64,000 nucleotides of DNA from a virus (lineage: Duplodnaviria; Caudoviricetes), in the IMG/VR virus record IMGVR_UViG_3300023283_000076, positions 64,001 to 128,000 of that record; one strand, given 5' to 3'. The position numbers and the translations under genes were made by a program. The number at the start of each line of letters is the position of its first letter. The first letter of the stretch is position 1. The notes beneath the pieces are model-generated. The model worked only from the letters and a program-made list of their open reading frames with translations. It had not been told where the DNA came from and searched no databases. Positions 28,230-37,358 of this stretch are shown here, piece after piece.

Positions 28230-28760
28230 ATGGAACTGCTAGAATATTTTAAGGATTGCATGTCTGAGATTCACGAGAGAGTATCTAAGAGTATTGAACT
28301 AATTAACCATGGTGGTTGTGCTATCTTTGCTGTTGAACTTGTTAAGAGAATGCACAAATTGGGAATGAATCCAAGTATCAGAGTTTATGGAGAAGAAGAG
28401 GTAGACGTATCTTTAGCAGAACAGCACATTCTGGAATATGAAGAACCCATGGATGTTGAATCATGGAATGATAATGGTGTTGAATTTGTTCATATTGTGG
28501 TAGAATGGGCTGGATATCTATGGGACGCTGAGACTATAGAATCGATAGAAGATGCTTATGAATATGGTTGGCATGATTATCCTCTGCTCGCCGGTGAGAT
28601 ATCTTTTAATTCATTAAAAGAGATTGCATTGCAAAGAGACGGTTGGAATAGTACCTATAACAGATCACAAAACCCCATTCTGTATAACATTCTTGATGAT
28701 GTATTTGAACGTCTCGAAAATAATTTGGGGCAGGAACGGCAGGAACTGATTGCTGCTTGA
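28230..28760 (+). CDS. hypothetical early protein
   Basis: own promoter, AAGGA SD; GGCAIFA and HIVVEW motifs. Confidence 0.7.
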   Translation: MELLEYFKDCMSEIHERVSKSIELINHGGCAIFAVELVKRMHKLGMNPSIRVYGEEEVDVSLAEQHILEYEEPMDVESWNDNGVEFVHIVVEWAGYLWDAETIESIEDAYEYGWHDYPLLAGEISFNSLKEIALQRDGWNSTYNRSQNPILYNILDDVFERLENNLGQERQELIAA

Positions 28761-28815
28761 CAAACATGAAAATATCTGTATAATAGTTCATATTGTTGAC
28801 AGTTAAGGAATATCA

Positions 28816-29082
28816 ATGAACACTCGTGAACTTATGGTTAATCTCGAACTCATTCATAACCTTCTTATAGAAGGTAACCATAAAGAAGCAGAGCACAAGC
28901 TTCGCAATCTTCGTGCTCAGTTCGCGGAAACTGAAACTGTGTTGAATGGTCATGATTGTCGGGACATTATTACAAAATACGATGCTGGTAAAATTTCATT
29001 TGTATGTTTTGTTCGTGCTGTCCGAAACCGTACTGACGTGAGTATTGCTGAACTCAAACAATTTTGTGAAAAGTTTCGTTAA
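28816..29082 (+). CDS. hypothetical protein
   Basis: own promoter, AAGGA SD. Confidence 0.65.
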   Translation: MNTRELMVNLELIHNLLIEGNHKEAEHKLRNLRAQFAETETVLNGHDCRDIITKYDAGKISFVCFVRAVRNRTDVSIAELKQFCEKFR

Positions 29083-29146
29083 ACAGCCGTTGAAGCCTTG
29101 ACAAGCATGAAAACATCTGTGTAATAGGTTACAAGATTTAAGGTTT

Positions 29147-29230
29147 CAACAAGGTTTGTAGTCGAAGCCCTTAGAGCCGTGAAACCGGAGCTAGATTGAA
29201 AACTGGTCAAAACAAACCTTGTTGCTTTTT
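29147..29230 (+). ncRNA. candidate small RNA with 13-bp closing stem and U-tract
   Basis: CAACAAGGTTTGT/ACAAACCTTGTTG perfect stem, TTGACA upstream at 29099. Confidence 0.5.
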
Positions 29231-29704
29231 TATTTAATTAAAAGGATATTAGTCATGAACACAGTGTACCTGCTTGAAAGGGATATTCCCTATGAAGGAA
29301 ACACTATTAAATCTGTCCATAGCACTCTTTCAAAGGCTGTAGAAGCTCTTGCAGATATTGCAATGAGTGAAGGGCCAATGGGTTTTGCTTACACTGTGAA
29401 TTACCATATTTATTCTATGGAAACTGATGGTGAAGAAGAGAGCCATAATCATTTTTTTAGTGTTGGTGATAGTAACTTTTTTGTTCGAGGAGCAGATTCT
29501 GATGTAAAAAACTTCACCAATCTTACTCATAATGATATTGTCCATGCTATCAATACCAACATGGAACACCGTAAAGAATATCCACATACTACATTGAGCC
29601 TCTGCAACATTCTGTATTACATGGAGCAGTTCAATATAGATTATGATACTGCCTATCGGTGGTACGCTCAAGCTGATGAAAAATGGTGGAAAGAAAATTA
29701 TTAA
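29219..29704 (+). CDS. hypothetical protein (likely start at MNTVYLL)
   Basis: AAGGA before internal Met. Confidence 0.65.
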   Translation: MLLFYLIKRILVMNTVYLLERDIPYEGNTIKSVHSTLSKAVEALADIAMSEGPMGFAYTVNYHIYSMETDGEEESHNHFFSVGDSNFFVRGADSDVKNFTNLTHNDIVHAINTNMEHRKEYPHTTLSLCNILYYMEQFNIDYDTAYRWYAQADEKWWKENY

Positions 29705-29729
29705 ATCTGCTTGACAAACATGAAAACAT

Positions 29730-30092
29730 TTGTATAATGGATTTCAATGTCCCCCAAACAGGAACAAAAACATGAAAGCATTTTTGATTGATCCCCGAAA
29801 TGAAACCGTTACCGAAACAACGTATAACGGTAACATCGAAGATATCTACAATCAAATTGATGTACGAAATTTTGAAGTTGCAACAATCAACGATGAAGGG
29901 GATGGTGTATATGTCGATGGTGAGGGACTATTCTCAGATGAGCGTTTTGTGTTCACTGTAAGAGGGTATTCGGGACCACTTGTGAACCCGGCAATGGTTA
30001 TCGGTTGCAATCCTGAAACGGGTGAAAATCGTGAAGCGTCAGTGACACTAGAATGGCTTGAACGCAATGTAAATTTTATGGGCCGAGTGTAA
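29730..30092 (+). CDS. DUF3846-like phage protein (likely start MKAFLIDP)
   Basis: YVDGEGL motif. Confidence 0.65.
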   Translation: MYNGFQCPPNRNKNMKAFLIDPRNETVTETTYNGNIEDIYNQIDVRNFEVATINDEGDGVYVDGEGLFSDERFVFTVRGYSGPLVNPAMVIGCNPETGENREASVTLEWLERNVNFMGRV

Positions 30093-30368
30093 TAACTTAC
30101 TCGGATATTCTAAAGGAGACCTTAAAAATGCTTAGACGAAATAAAGATCCGCCCGCGAGGGTATAATTAGATGATTATTTTAAGATAATAAGAAAGATGA
30201 AAGAACCCGGTTCGTAGATGGCCGGGTTCTTTCTTTTTTATCCTATTCTAAAACCTTTATCATATGTTCAACATTATGTCAAGATATTTCTTGTTTAATT
30301 TTCCATTGCATTTTCTTTGGTTTTCAGGTAGACTATAATTATTAAATTACATGTTAGGAGTCTAAAAA

Positions 30369-30701
30369 ATGTCTGAGAAACCTCGTCATACATGCATGAA
30401 GAGAATTCATGTTCGTCAGGCTATCGAAGAAACAATCATGGAATCCGATTTCCATACTCATGTTGTACTGACAACATCGTGGACTTGGACTGAAGTAATC
30501 GATGGTGTCGTCAAATATTTCAGAGAACGTCCTAGTATGCAAGAAGAATATTTTTATGACGTGATCGAAATTGCTACTGAAATTGTAGGTGAAGATAGAT
30601 TAACAGAACGTGCTGCGCCCTATGGTGACGCTGATACAGGTCAGGCCATTAGCTTTCCTGCTTTCATCGAAACTATTGCGGGAGATGTGTTTGACATTTG
30701 A
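30369..30701 (+). CDS. hypothetical protein
   Basis: own promoter, AGGAG SD. Confidence 0.7.
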   Translation: MSEKPRHTCMKRIHVRQAIEETIMESDFHTHVVLTTSWTWTEVIDGVVKYFRERPSMQEEYFYDVIEIATEIVGEDRLTERAAPYGDADTGQAISFPAFIETIAGDVFDI

Positions 30702-30734
30702 GATATAGTATACTATTGTTTTACACTTAACAGG

Positions 30735-31046
30735 ATGATTATTATGGCTTCTGCAATTCATTTCCATGGCACCGATTTTTTTCTTGATCCGTCAGAACTG
30801 GATGGTAACATTCTGCAAGATTTGAAGGATTGTGGCGGTCAAGGTGACGCTTCCAGTGCAGTTGACTATGTAATGGACAATTATCAAATTACTGGAAATG
30901 AGCAGGATTGTCAAAACTATCTCAAGGGATATGGTGCATGGGAAGATCATGAACTTCAAGATCATCATGAAAATCTGCGTCGTCTTGTATGGCTTGCAGG
31001 ATGCGACTTAGATGAACAAAACGAAATATATTTTTCAACCTATTAA
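30735..31046 (+). CDS. conserved phage hypothetical protein
   Basis: YGAWEDHEL...RLVWLA pattern. Confidence 0.7.
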   Translation: MIIMASAIHFHGTDFFLDPSELDGNILQDLKDCGGQGDASSAVDYVMDNYQITGNEQDCQNYLKGYGAWEDHELQDHHENLRRLVWLAGCDLDEQNEIYFSTY

Positions 31047-31065
31047 AATTCAATGGAGATATTAG

Positions 31066-31485
31066 ATGTTTACACTTCAAGATTGCTTCAATGCTGCATG
31101 GCACCATTTTATCGAAAATCAAAATCCTCCATCCGTAGTATCAAGGACATGGGATGATAATAGCTATATGCCAGCATACAATAATGGCACAAATAAATGT
31201 GCAATTGGTCTATTGACTGATGATCTTAAAGATTGGGATGGTAGCATTGAAGAATTATTTACTCCGGGTCCTGAAAACGAAAAATTTAAAAGTCTTGTAG
31301 AACAATTTGATGTTGATCTTTCATCCGAAGAGAGTATTGAATCATGGCAAGAAGCGCAAAATAAACTCCATGATTTTCATATTGACTTCGAGTCTGGAGA
31401 ATGGGTTTGTTCATTTGAAGAGCTTAAAGATAACTATATTCGATTTGCTCATGAACATGCTTTGGATATCCCAAATGAACATTAA
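31066..31485 (+). CDS. hypothetical protein
   Basis: GGAG SD; KCAIGLL...QNKLHD. Confidence 0.7.
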   Translation: MFTLQDCFNAAWHHFIENQNPPSVVSRTWDDNSYMPAYNNGTNKCAIGLLTDDLKDWDGSIEELFTPGPENEKFKSLVEQFDVDLSSEESIESWQEAQNKLHDFHIDFESGEWVCSFEELKDNYIRFAHEHALDIPNEH

Positions 31486-31962
31486 TAAGATTTATGAAAA
31501 TCTGTGCATTCGTGATTCCAGAAATCCGATGTATGATGAATTGAAGGATTCTTATGAACCATATGATATCATGCCTGAACCTAGAGCCGATTGTGCTTGT
31601 GACAATTGTTTCTATGGTAGAGACAGATTAGCACTTGAAATTATTCGACTGCGTATTAAATTGGGGTTGTATCATTAGATTATTTTTTGTAGAATATACG
31701 TATGTCATTGTGGGCGAACGAACACGGATGGATCAACCCGATTAACCATGTTTTAGTATTTACAAAAACAGAACGGGATACGTTGAATCTACCCATGGGT
31801 GAACACTGGCACCGTATTGTTGGTTAAGTGTCCATATACCCTCTATATACCCCCTAATATATAACGCATGCGTTAGTAGTTAATGTATCATATTCTTTAC
31901 ACTATCTTACTTAATGTATAAAATGAGATACATTACCATCTAAAATCATTTTTAAATTTCTC

Positions 31963-32301
31963 TTGCATTGTTTGATTGATCATGCTATTATATATCCACG
32001 TTCACTAATCGGAGAAACTTACATGTCTGTCGAAATTGTTAACGAACGTTTCATGGTTTGTGTTGATTGCGCTATGTTTATTGCCAACGATGATCTTAGT
32101 GGGCTCGATTACCATTTTCTCTCCGATGAATCTGAACAGCGTGAAATCGCTATCCGCAACGGTGTTCAATATCAAAACGATCAAGATAATCATATTGTTA
32201 TGGGAAACTCTGATGATGATATTGAATTTTCCAAAAGCCCTTGCAATTGTTGTGGCGATCATTTACATGGATATCGTTATCATGCAGTTTTACTTAAATA
32301 A
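31963..32301 (+). CDS. Cys-rich hypothetical protein (likely start MSVEIV near 32023)
   Basis: CVDC and CNCCG motifs; GGAG before internal Met. Confidence 0.65.
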   Translation: MHCLIDHAIIYPRSLIGETYMSVEIVNERFMVCVDCAMFIANDDLSGLDYHFLSDESEQREIAIRNGVQYQNDQDNHIVMGNSDDDIEFSKSPCNCCGDHLHGYRYHAVLLK

Positions 32302-32318
32302 GAAACATTCCTACATAT

Positions 32319-32459
32319 AAATGAAAATCATTTTCATTTGGCAATGAGAATCATTTTCAATATCAAAAATGATAGCCATTCTCATTTGACAATAAAAACC
32401 ATTCTCATTTGACAATAAAAACCATTCTCATTTGACAATAAAAACCATTCTCATTTGAC
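32319..32459. promoter_or_regulatory. array of six Fur-box-like sites, last four as 23-bp tandem repeat
   Basis: AAATGAAAAT-C-ATTTTCATTT palindrome, TGAGAAT-C-ATTTTCA, then CCATTCTCATTTGACAATAAAAA repeats. Confidence 0.7.
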
Positions 32460-32558
32460 CTTATCTCGATTCAACCCTAGATGGTATCATATAACACCTG
32501 TAAATACAAAGATTTTTTTTTATCCTATTTTGGTACCTTTATCATATGCTGATACCTT

Positions 32559-32701
32559 TGTCAATACCCTAAAGAAAATATAATCAAAATCTATCAATCC
32601 ATCAGAGTTCATGCACAAATCGGATTTACAATTATTTTCAAAAATCGGTTGACGGATTGAGCATGTTGCTGTATGATCGGACTCACATTCACTGATAAAG
32701 G
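32559..32701. repeat. repeated intergenic promoter module (copies near 35095-35237 and 35603-35744, partial near 27444-27520)
   Basis: TGTCAATACCCTAA...AAATCGGATTTACAATTATTTTCA.A.ATC.GTTGAC...ACATTCACTGATA. Confidence 0.85.
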
Positions 32702-32710
32702 TAAATTGTT

Positions 32711-33019
32711 ATGCTAAAGATTGAACAGGAAATGATTAACGCCATTCAAAACAAGCGCAATTGGAGGTTCGGTAATACTTCGGTCGAATACTTGCCCGAG
32801 ATTGTTACACCTATGCGGGCACGTATTGAAATGGCAAAAGTTTATCTTTACAGTAACTGTATTGCCACTTATTCTTATCATGATAATACAGCTACTATCG
32901 TTCCCAGCACGCTTGTAGAATGGCCTACTGTTACAACCTTTTCTCGCCTTCGTGCTCTTGGACTTGATCCTAAATCGGAACTTAAGAGAATTGCAAATAA
33001 CATACAAGATGCAGCATGA
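32711..33019 (+). CDS. conserved phage early protein
   Basis: MLKIEQEM...GNT.V...TTFSRLRAL; own promoter. Confidence 0.7.
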   Translation: MLKIEQEMINAIQNKRNWRFGNTSVEYLPEIVTPMRARIEMAKVYLYSNCIATYSYHDNTATIVPSTLVEWPTVTTFSRLRALGLDPKSELKRIANNIQDAA

Positions 33020-33333
33020 AAAACAATTACCGCAAGTTAACCAAGAAACAATGGTATGACCTTGGCGGCTTCGCCAATCCATCATTGTTTCGTCGTGACC
33101 GTAGCAGGGGCTGGCAATACTATCAAGATATGGACCACCCTGCAAGTAATCATAACTATAGTGAATAAAGAATCGGGGCTTCGGCCCCCTTTCTTTTATC
33201 CTATTCTAGAACCTTTACCATACAATCAAAACAGTGTCAACCGATAAACGAAATAATTTATTTTTAAATAAGTATTGACTCCTCCAAAAATACCAGTATA
33301 ATTGTTTACATCATTTCAACAAGGGAAATAGCT

Positions 33334-33636
33334 ATGGAAAATGTAAAGTTTGCTGGCTTTGATTGTACCGTTGAATTTGCCACGTACTCGAATGGACGTA
33401 CCGCTATTCAGCTTCGTGATGCAAACGATGGCCAGCCAATTGCCACCGCAACAGTCAACCTTCCCGATGAACCGATGGCTGAGGATGAGGTTGCTATCAA
33501 GAACTATAGCGAAAACTCTGGCATGTTAGATATTTTAATAGACACTGGAGTGATTGCCAGCCCGCATCGTGAAATCCCTAGCGGCTTCGTCACCATACCA
33601 GTCTGCGCCCTTCTGGTCAATCCAAATCAATCCTAG
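33334..33636 (+). CDS. conserved phage early protein
   Basis: YSNGRTAIQL...ATVNLP...IKNYSEN pattern; own promoter. Confidence 0.75.
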   Translation: MENVKFAGFDCTVEFATYSNGRTAIQLRDANDGQPIATATVNLPDEPMAEDEVAIKNYSENSGMLDILIDTGVIASPHREIPSGFVTIPVCALLVNPNQS

Positions 33637-33723
33637 TCAGTGAATGGTCTAGGTGGGCACGGGAAACCGTGCCCTTTTTTATCCTATTCTAAAACCTTTA
33701 TCATATCTTCATTCTAATGTCAA
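33631..33723. repeat. about 93-bp trailer/terminator module, near-identical copy at 34066-34158
   Basis: TCCTAGTCA.T.AATGGTCTAGGT-GGGCACGG-GAAA-CCGTGCCC-TTTTTTATCCTATTCTAAAACCTTTATCATATCTTCATTCTAATGTCAA. Confidence 0.9.
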
Positions 33724-33806
33724 GAAAAATAATTTAAAATTTATTCTTGACACTCTCAAAAATATCTGTATAATAGAATGTACATTCACTGATAGGAATA
33801 ACATAC

Positions 33807-34043
33807 ATGAACACTCTCAAGAACATTTCATTAGATCGAGATACTATTTTAATGGAACACGGATATGATCCGAATGATCCTACCTTGCAGGTGCATGTTA
33901 GTGTATCTGAAATTGAACCTAACCCTGATGGCAATGAAGATTATCTCATCGATGGTTCTAGTGTCACTACATCATCAGAACTTATCGACGGCCGTCAAAA
34001 TGATGTTGATCTGAATATCGAAATTTTCCGAGAACCGCATTAA
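33807..34043 (+). CDS. small acidic hypothetical protein
   Basis: own promoter with shared leader. Confidence 0.65.
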   Translation: MNTLKNISLDRDTILMEHGYDPNDPTLQVHVSVSEIEPNPDGNEDYLIDGSSVTTSSELIDGRQNDVDLNIEIFREPH

Positions 34044-34264
34044 GTATCGGCTCCAATCAGTTTAATCCTAGTCAATAAATGGTCTAGGTGGGCACGGGAA
34101 ACCGTGCCCTTTTTTATCCTATTCTAAAACCTTTATCATATCTTCATTCTAATGTCAACCCTTCAACCCAAAAAATTTCTTACAAATAATTATTAAAAAC
34201 CCTTGCACTTTCCCGAAAAATCTTTATAATAGATTCTAACATCAACTGAAAAAGGATAGTAGGT

Positions 34265-34999
34265 ATGCCAAGTCAAGAAATCGTCGAAATTTTCCGCAAT
34301 CATGGCGTGAACATCACCGCTGATGATTCCAGTATGAAACTGGTCAAAGCGTTGAAAGAAGAAAATCCCGCAACACTATGGCCCATGCTTGAAGAGTTTA
34401 CTAACAACAAGCCTATCGGCCTCGATGGCTGTAACGAAACAATGCATCACTATACATTGCAATATGCCCTCGTAAGAGCATTTGAACAAAATCGTGATAG
34501 CATCACTCAAGACGATTTAGATGCTGCTCGTGAAGATGCTGCCAAATTAGCAGAATCCCTTTCTCATGGTTCGTCTACTCGTGATGATGAAATCGTTCAA
34601 AATGATTCCGAAAATGAAGATAATCAGAGTAACGTTGCTAAGCCTAAGAAAACCAGAAAACGAAATCGTAATCTGTATCCCATGATCCTTTCGTTAGTCG
34701 AAGATAATATGAAAGCAACGCCTAACGAAATTCTCGAAATGGTCAAAGAACGTGATCCCGCTGCAAACGATTCAACCGTCAAGGTATACTACAGCAAGGC
34801 ACGTAATGAACTCAACTTGCCGAAAATCGGAAAACGTGGCCGCAAGGGTTCAGGTATCTATGATAAGATCAAAGCATTGATTGAAGCTAACCCGAACGTT
34901 GAACGTGCTGAAATGATCGAACGCATCGTTAACGAACTTGGAGCCAAAGTCGGTACCGCTCAAGCCTACTACAGCAAGGCAATGAAAGAATTGAGCTAA
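34265..34999 (+). CDS. putative DNA-binding protein; paralog of 22259..22945
   Basis: KVYYSKAR...GKRGRK...AQAYYSKAMK duplicated unit. Confidence 0.75.
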   Translation: MPSQEIVEIFRNHGVNITADDSSMKLVKALKEENPATLWPMLEEFTNNKPIGLDGCNETMHHYTLQYALVRAFEQNRDSITQDDLDAAREDAAKLAESLSHGSSTRDDEIVQNDSENEDNQSNVAKPKKTRKRNRNLYPMILSLVEDNMKATPNEILEMVKERDPAANDSTVKVYYSKARNELNLPKIGKRGRKGSGIYDKIKALIEANPNVERAEMIERIVNELGAKVGTAQAYYSKAMKELS

Positions 35000-35245
35000 C
35001 CCCTAGCTTAACATCAAAAACTATTCAGGGACCATAGAACGGTCCCTGAATATTATCCTATCCTAATGCCTTTAACTCATCATCATCATCCATTTGTCAA
35101 TACCCTAAGCAAAATATAATCAAAACATATCAATCTATCCAAATCTATAGACAAATCGGATTTACAATTATTTTCAGAAATCGGTTGACGAATTGACCAT
35201 GTTGCTGTATGATCGTACTTACATTCACTGATAGGAGAAACACAA

Positions 35246-35515
35246 ATGGAAGATATTCTCAGGGAAGAGCGATTCAACAAAATTATGGAAGCAGGAAACA
35301 ATGGCCATTTCTTTTCTGTTCGCTTCATCAAGCGGTCTAACGGTGCCGAACGCTTCATGACCTGTCGCCTCGGAGTTACAAAACATCTCAAGGGTGGTAA
35401 CAAAGCATACGACGACAAAGTTCACAAACTTGTCACCGTCTACGATGTTCAAGCCAAAGGATACCGTTGCATTCCACTGGAAAGCATCTTTGAACTCAAC
35501 GGCGAACCTATCTGA
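35246..35515 (+). CDS. SH3/WYL-like beta-barrel phage protein
   Basis: FFSVRFIKRSNG.ER.M.CRLGV.KHLKGG...VYDVQAKGYR. Confidence 0.65.
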   Translation: MEDILREERFNKIMEAGNNGHFFSVRFIKRSNGAERFMTCRLGVTKHLKGGNKAYDDKVHKLVTVYDVQAKGYRCIPLESIFELNGEPI

Positions 35516-35752
35516 TAGGTTCAATCGTATCATCAAGAGGATGCGACTTGTTCGCATCCTTTTTTATCCTATCCTAATGCCTTTAACTCATCATCATTTA
35601 TTTGTCAATACCCTAAAGAAAATATAATCAAAACCTATCAATCAATAAGAATCTATAGACAAATCGGATTTACAATTATTTTCAGATATCAGTTGACAAT
35701 CCTGAAAATATCTGTATAATCCTTAATTACATTCACTGATAAGGGTAACACG

Positions 35753-36640
35753 ATGAACGGAAATCAAAAGATTCACAAGATTGTAGCGCAAGCTTTCATC
35801 GACCAGATCGAAGCAGGTATGGCGGATGGTAAATGGACCGCTCCATGGGCGAAGCTTGCCACAGACTTTCCGACCAATGCCGTGACAAAGAAGGCATACC
35901 GTGGTATCAATATCTTTTCATTGTGGGGCGCTGGATTCTCATCCCCGTACTGGGCTACCTTTAAGCAATGGAAGTCAGTCGATGCCACGATCAAGAAAGG
36001 ATCAAAAGGATCATTGATCGTTTTCTGGAAAATTATCGATTCCAAGAATCAATTCGATAGTGACGGCAAGCCAAAAAAGTTTCCCTTCCTACAGAAATCG
36101 AAAGTTTTCAATGCCGATCAAGTTGATGGCTGGACCGCTCCAACACTGGAAGATCGTCCTAAGCTTTCGACAAATGAAATCCATGCCGAATGCGATGCAA
36201 TGATCGCAGCGACGGGTGCTGAAATCCAGCATGGCGGAAATATGGCCTGTTATGTTCCAAGTCATGACCGTATACTTCTTCCTGAATTCAACGCCTTTCG
36301 GGATGCCGATTCATACTATCAGACCGCATTCCATGAACTGGCACATTGGACAGGTCATGCTTCACGACTGGACCGCAACCTTTCCACCCGCTTCGGAAGC
36401 AATGCATATGCATTGGAAGAACTGTTAGCAGAACTTACAGCAGCCATTGTGGGCGTCCGTATGGGCATCGATGCTACTACCCGCATGGACCATGCAAAGT
36501 ATGTAAAGAGTTGGCTTACGGCGCTTCGTGAACAGCCAGAGTGCCTCATGCATATCGCCAGCAAGGCGAGCAAGGTAGCGGATTACCTGATCGAGGGCGA
36601 AGCAGGTGAAACCAAACAAGATCAAGCGGAAGCCGCTTGA
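35753..36640 (+). CDS. ardC: ArdC-like antirestriction protein (ssDNA-binding plus zincin domain)
   Basis: W.APW, YRGIN, YWATFKQW, VFNADQV, FHELAHWTGH.SRL.R, YALEEL.AEL. Confidence 0.9.
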   Translation: MNGNQKIHKIVAQAFIDQIEAGMADGKWTAPWAKLATDFPTNAVTKKAYRGINIFSLWGAGFSSPYWATFKQWKSVDATIKKGSKGSLIVFWKIIDSKNQFDSDGKPKKFPFLQKSKVFNADQVDGWTAPTLEDRPKLSTNEIHAECDAMIAATGAEIQHGGNMACYVPSHDRILLPEFNAFRDADSYYQTAFHELAHWTGHASRLDRNLSTRFGSNAYALEELLAELTAAIVGVRMGIDATTRMDHAKYVKSWLTALREQPECLMHIASKASKVADYLIEGEAGETKQDQAEAA

Positions 36641-36739
36641 TCTATCATTGATAGACTAGACGAGGATGCGAATCATTCGCATCCTCTTTTTTATCCTACT
36701 CTAGAGCCTTTACCATATAACATATCGCTTGTCAATACC

Positions 36740-37350
36740 CTAATCCAAAAAACTGAAAACAAGTTTGGGAAATTTTGATTACCATATTTTTGAGATCTTG
36801 TCAAGGGGGTACGGGCTGTGCTAAGCAATTGAACAAAAATTAACCACTTTTTTATATAGAAAGTTTTTGAGAATTTTTGATTAGTTCTACAGGGGAATAT
36901 TAGACCCTTTTTTATTTTTTGCTATCATTTTTTATCATTTGCTATTATTTTTCACGATTTATAATAATTTGTGATTGTTTTTCATAAGTTGTGACTGTTT
37001 TTCATGAATATTGATAAACACAATTTGATTGTATAAACACAATACAATACTTTGGCATTGATTCTGCTAAACAGAATACAAGTTTCGGTTTTGTATATAT
37101 GGAAGAGGGGGGTCTTTTATATAAGGGTTTATATTATTGAAAAAATTTTCTCAGAATTTTTTTTATTACTCAGAGATTTTATATTCTGTTAGAGTTTATA
37201 AACTTTAATAAAATATTGTTTTTTAAAAAAGTATGATTTAAAACATCCGATGAATTGAAAGTTAAGTGAAATCTATGATAATGACCACAAGAATCAAGAA
37301 CTGATTCAAATGAACTAAATATTTGAAAGATCATTTCAATAGTCGTTGGA
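36740..37350. other. AT-rich non-coding boundary with short direct repeats
   Basis: TTGTGA(T/C)TGTTTTTCAT twice (36969, 36989), ATAAACACAAT twice (37014, 37033); no ORF in track. Confidence 0.55.
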
Positions 37351-37358
37351 ATTAACAT

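Noticed and set aside
27560-32459. CRISPR array or DGR template/variable repeats
   Set aside because: The 84-bp and 23-bp repeats are directly tandem with no unique spacers; variation is not adenine-specific; no cas or reverse transcriptase gene in the window
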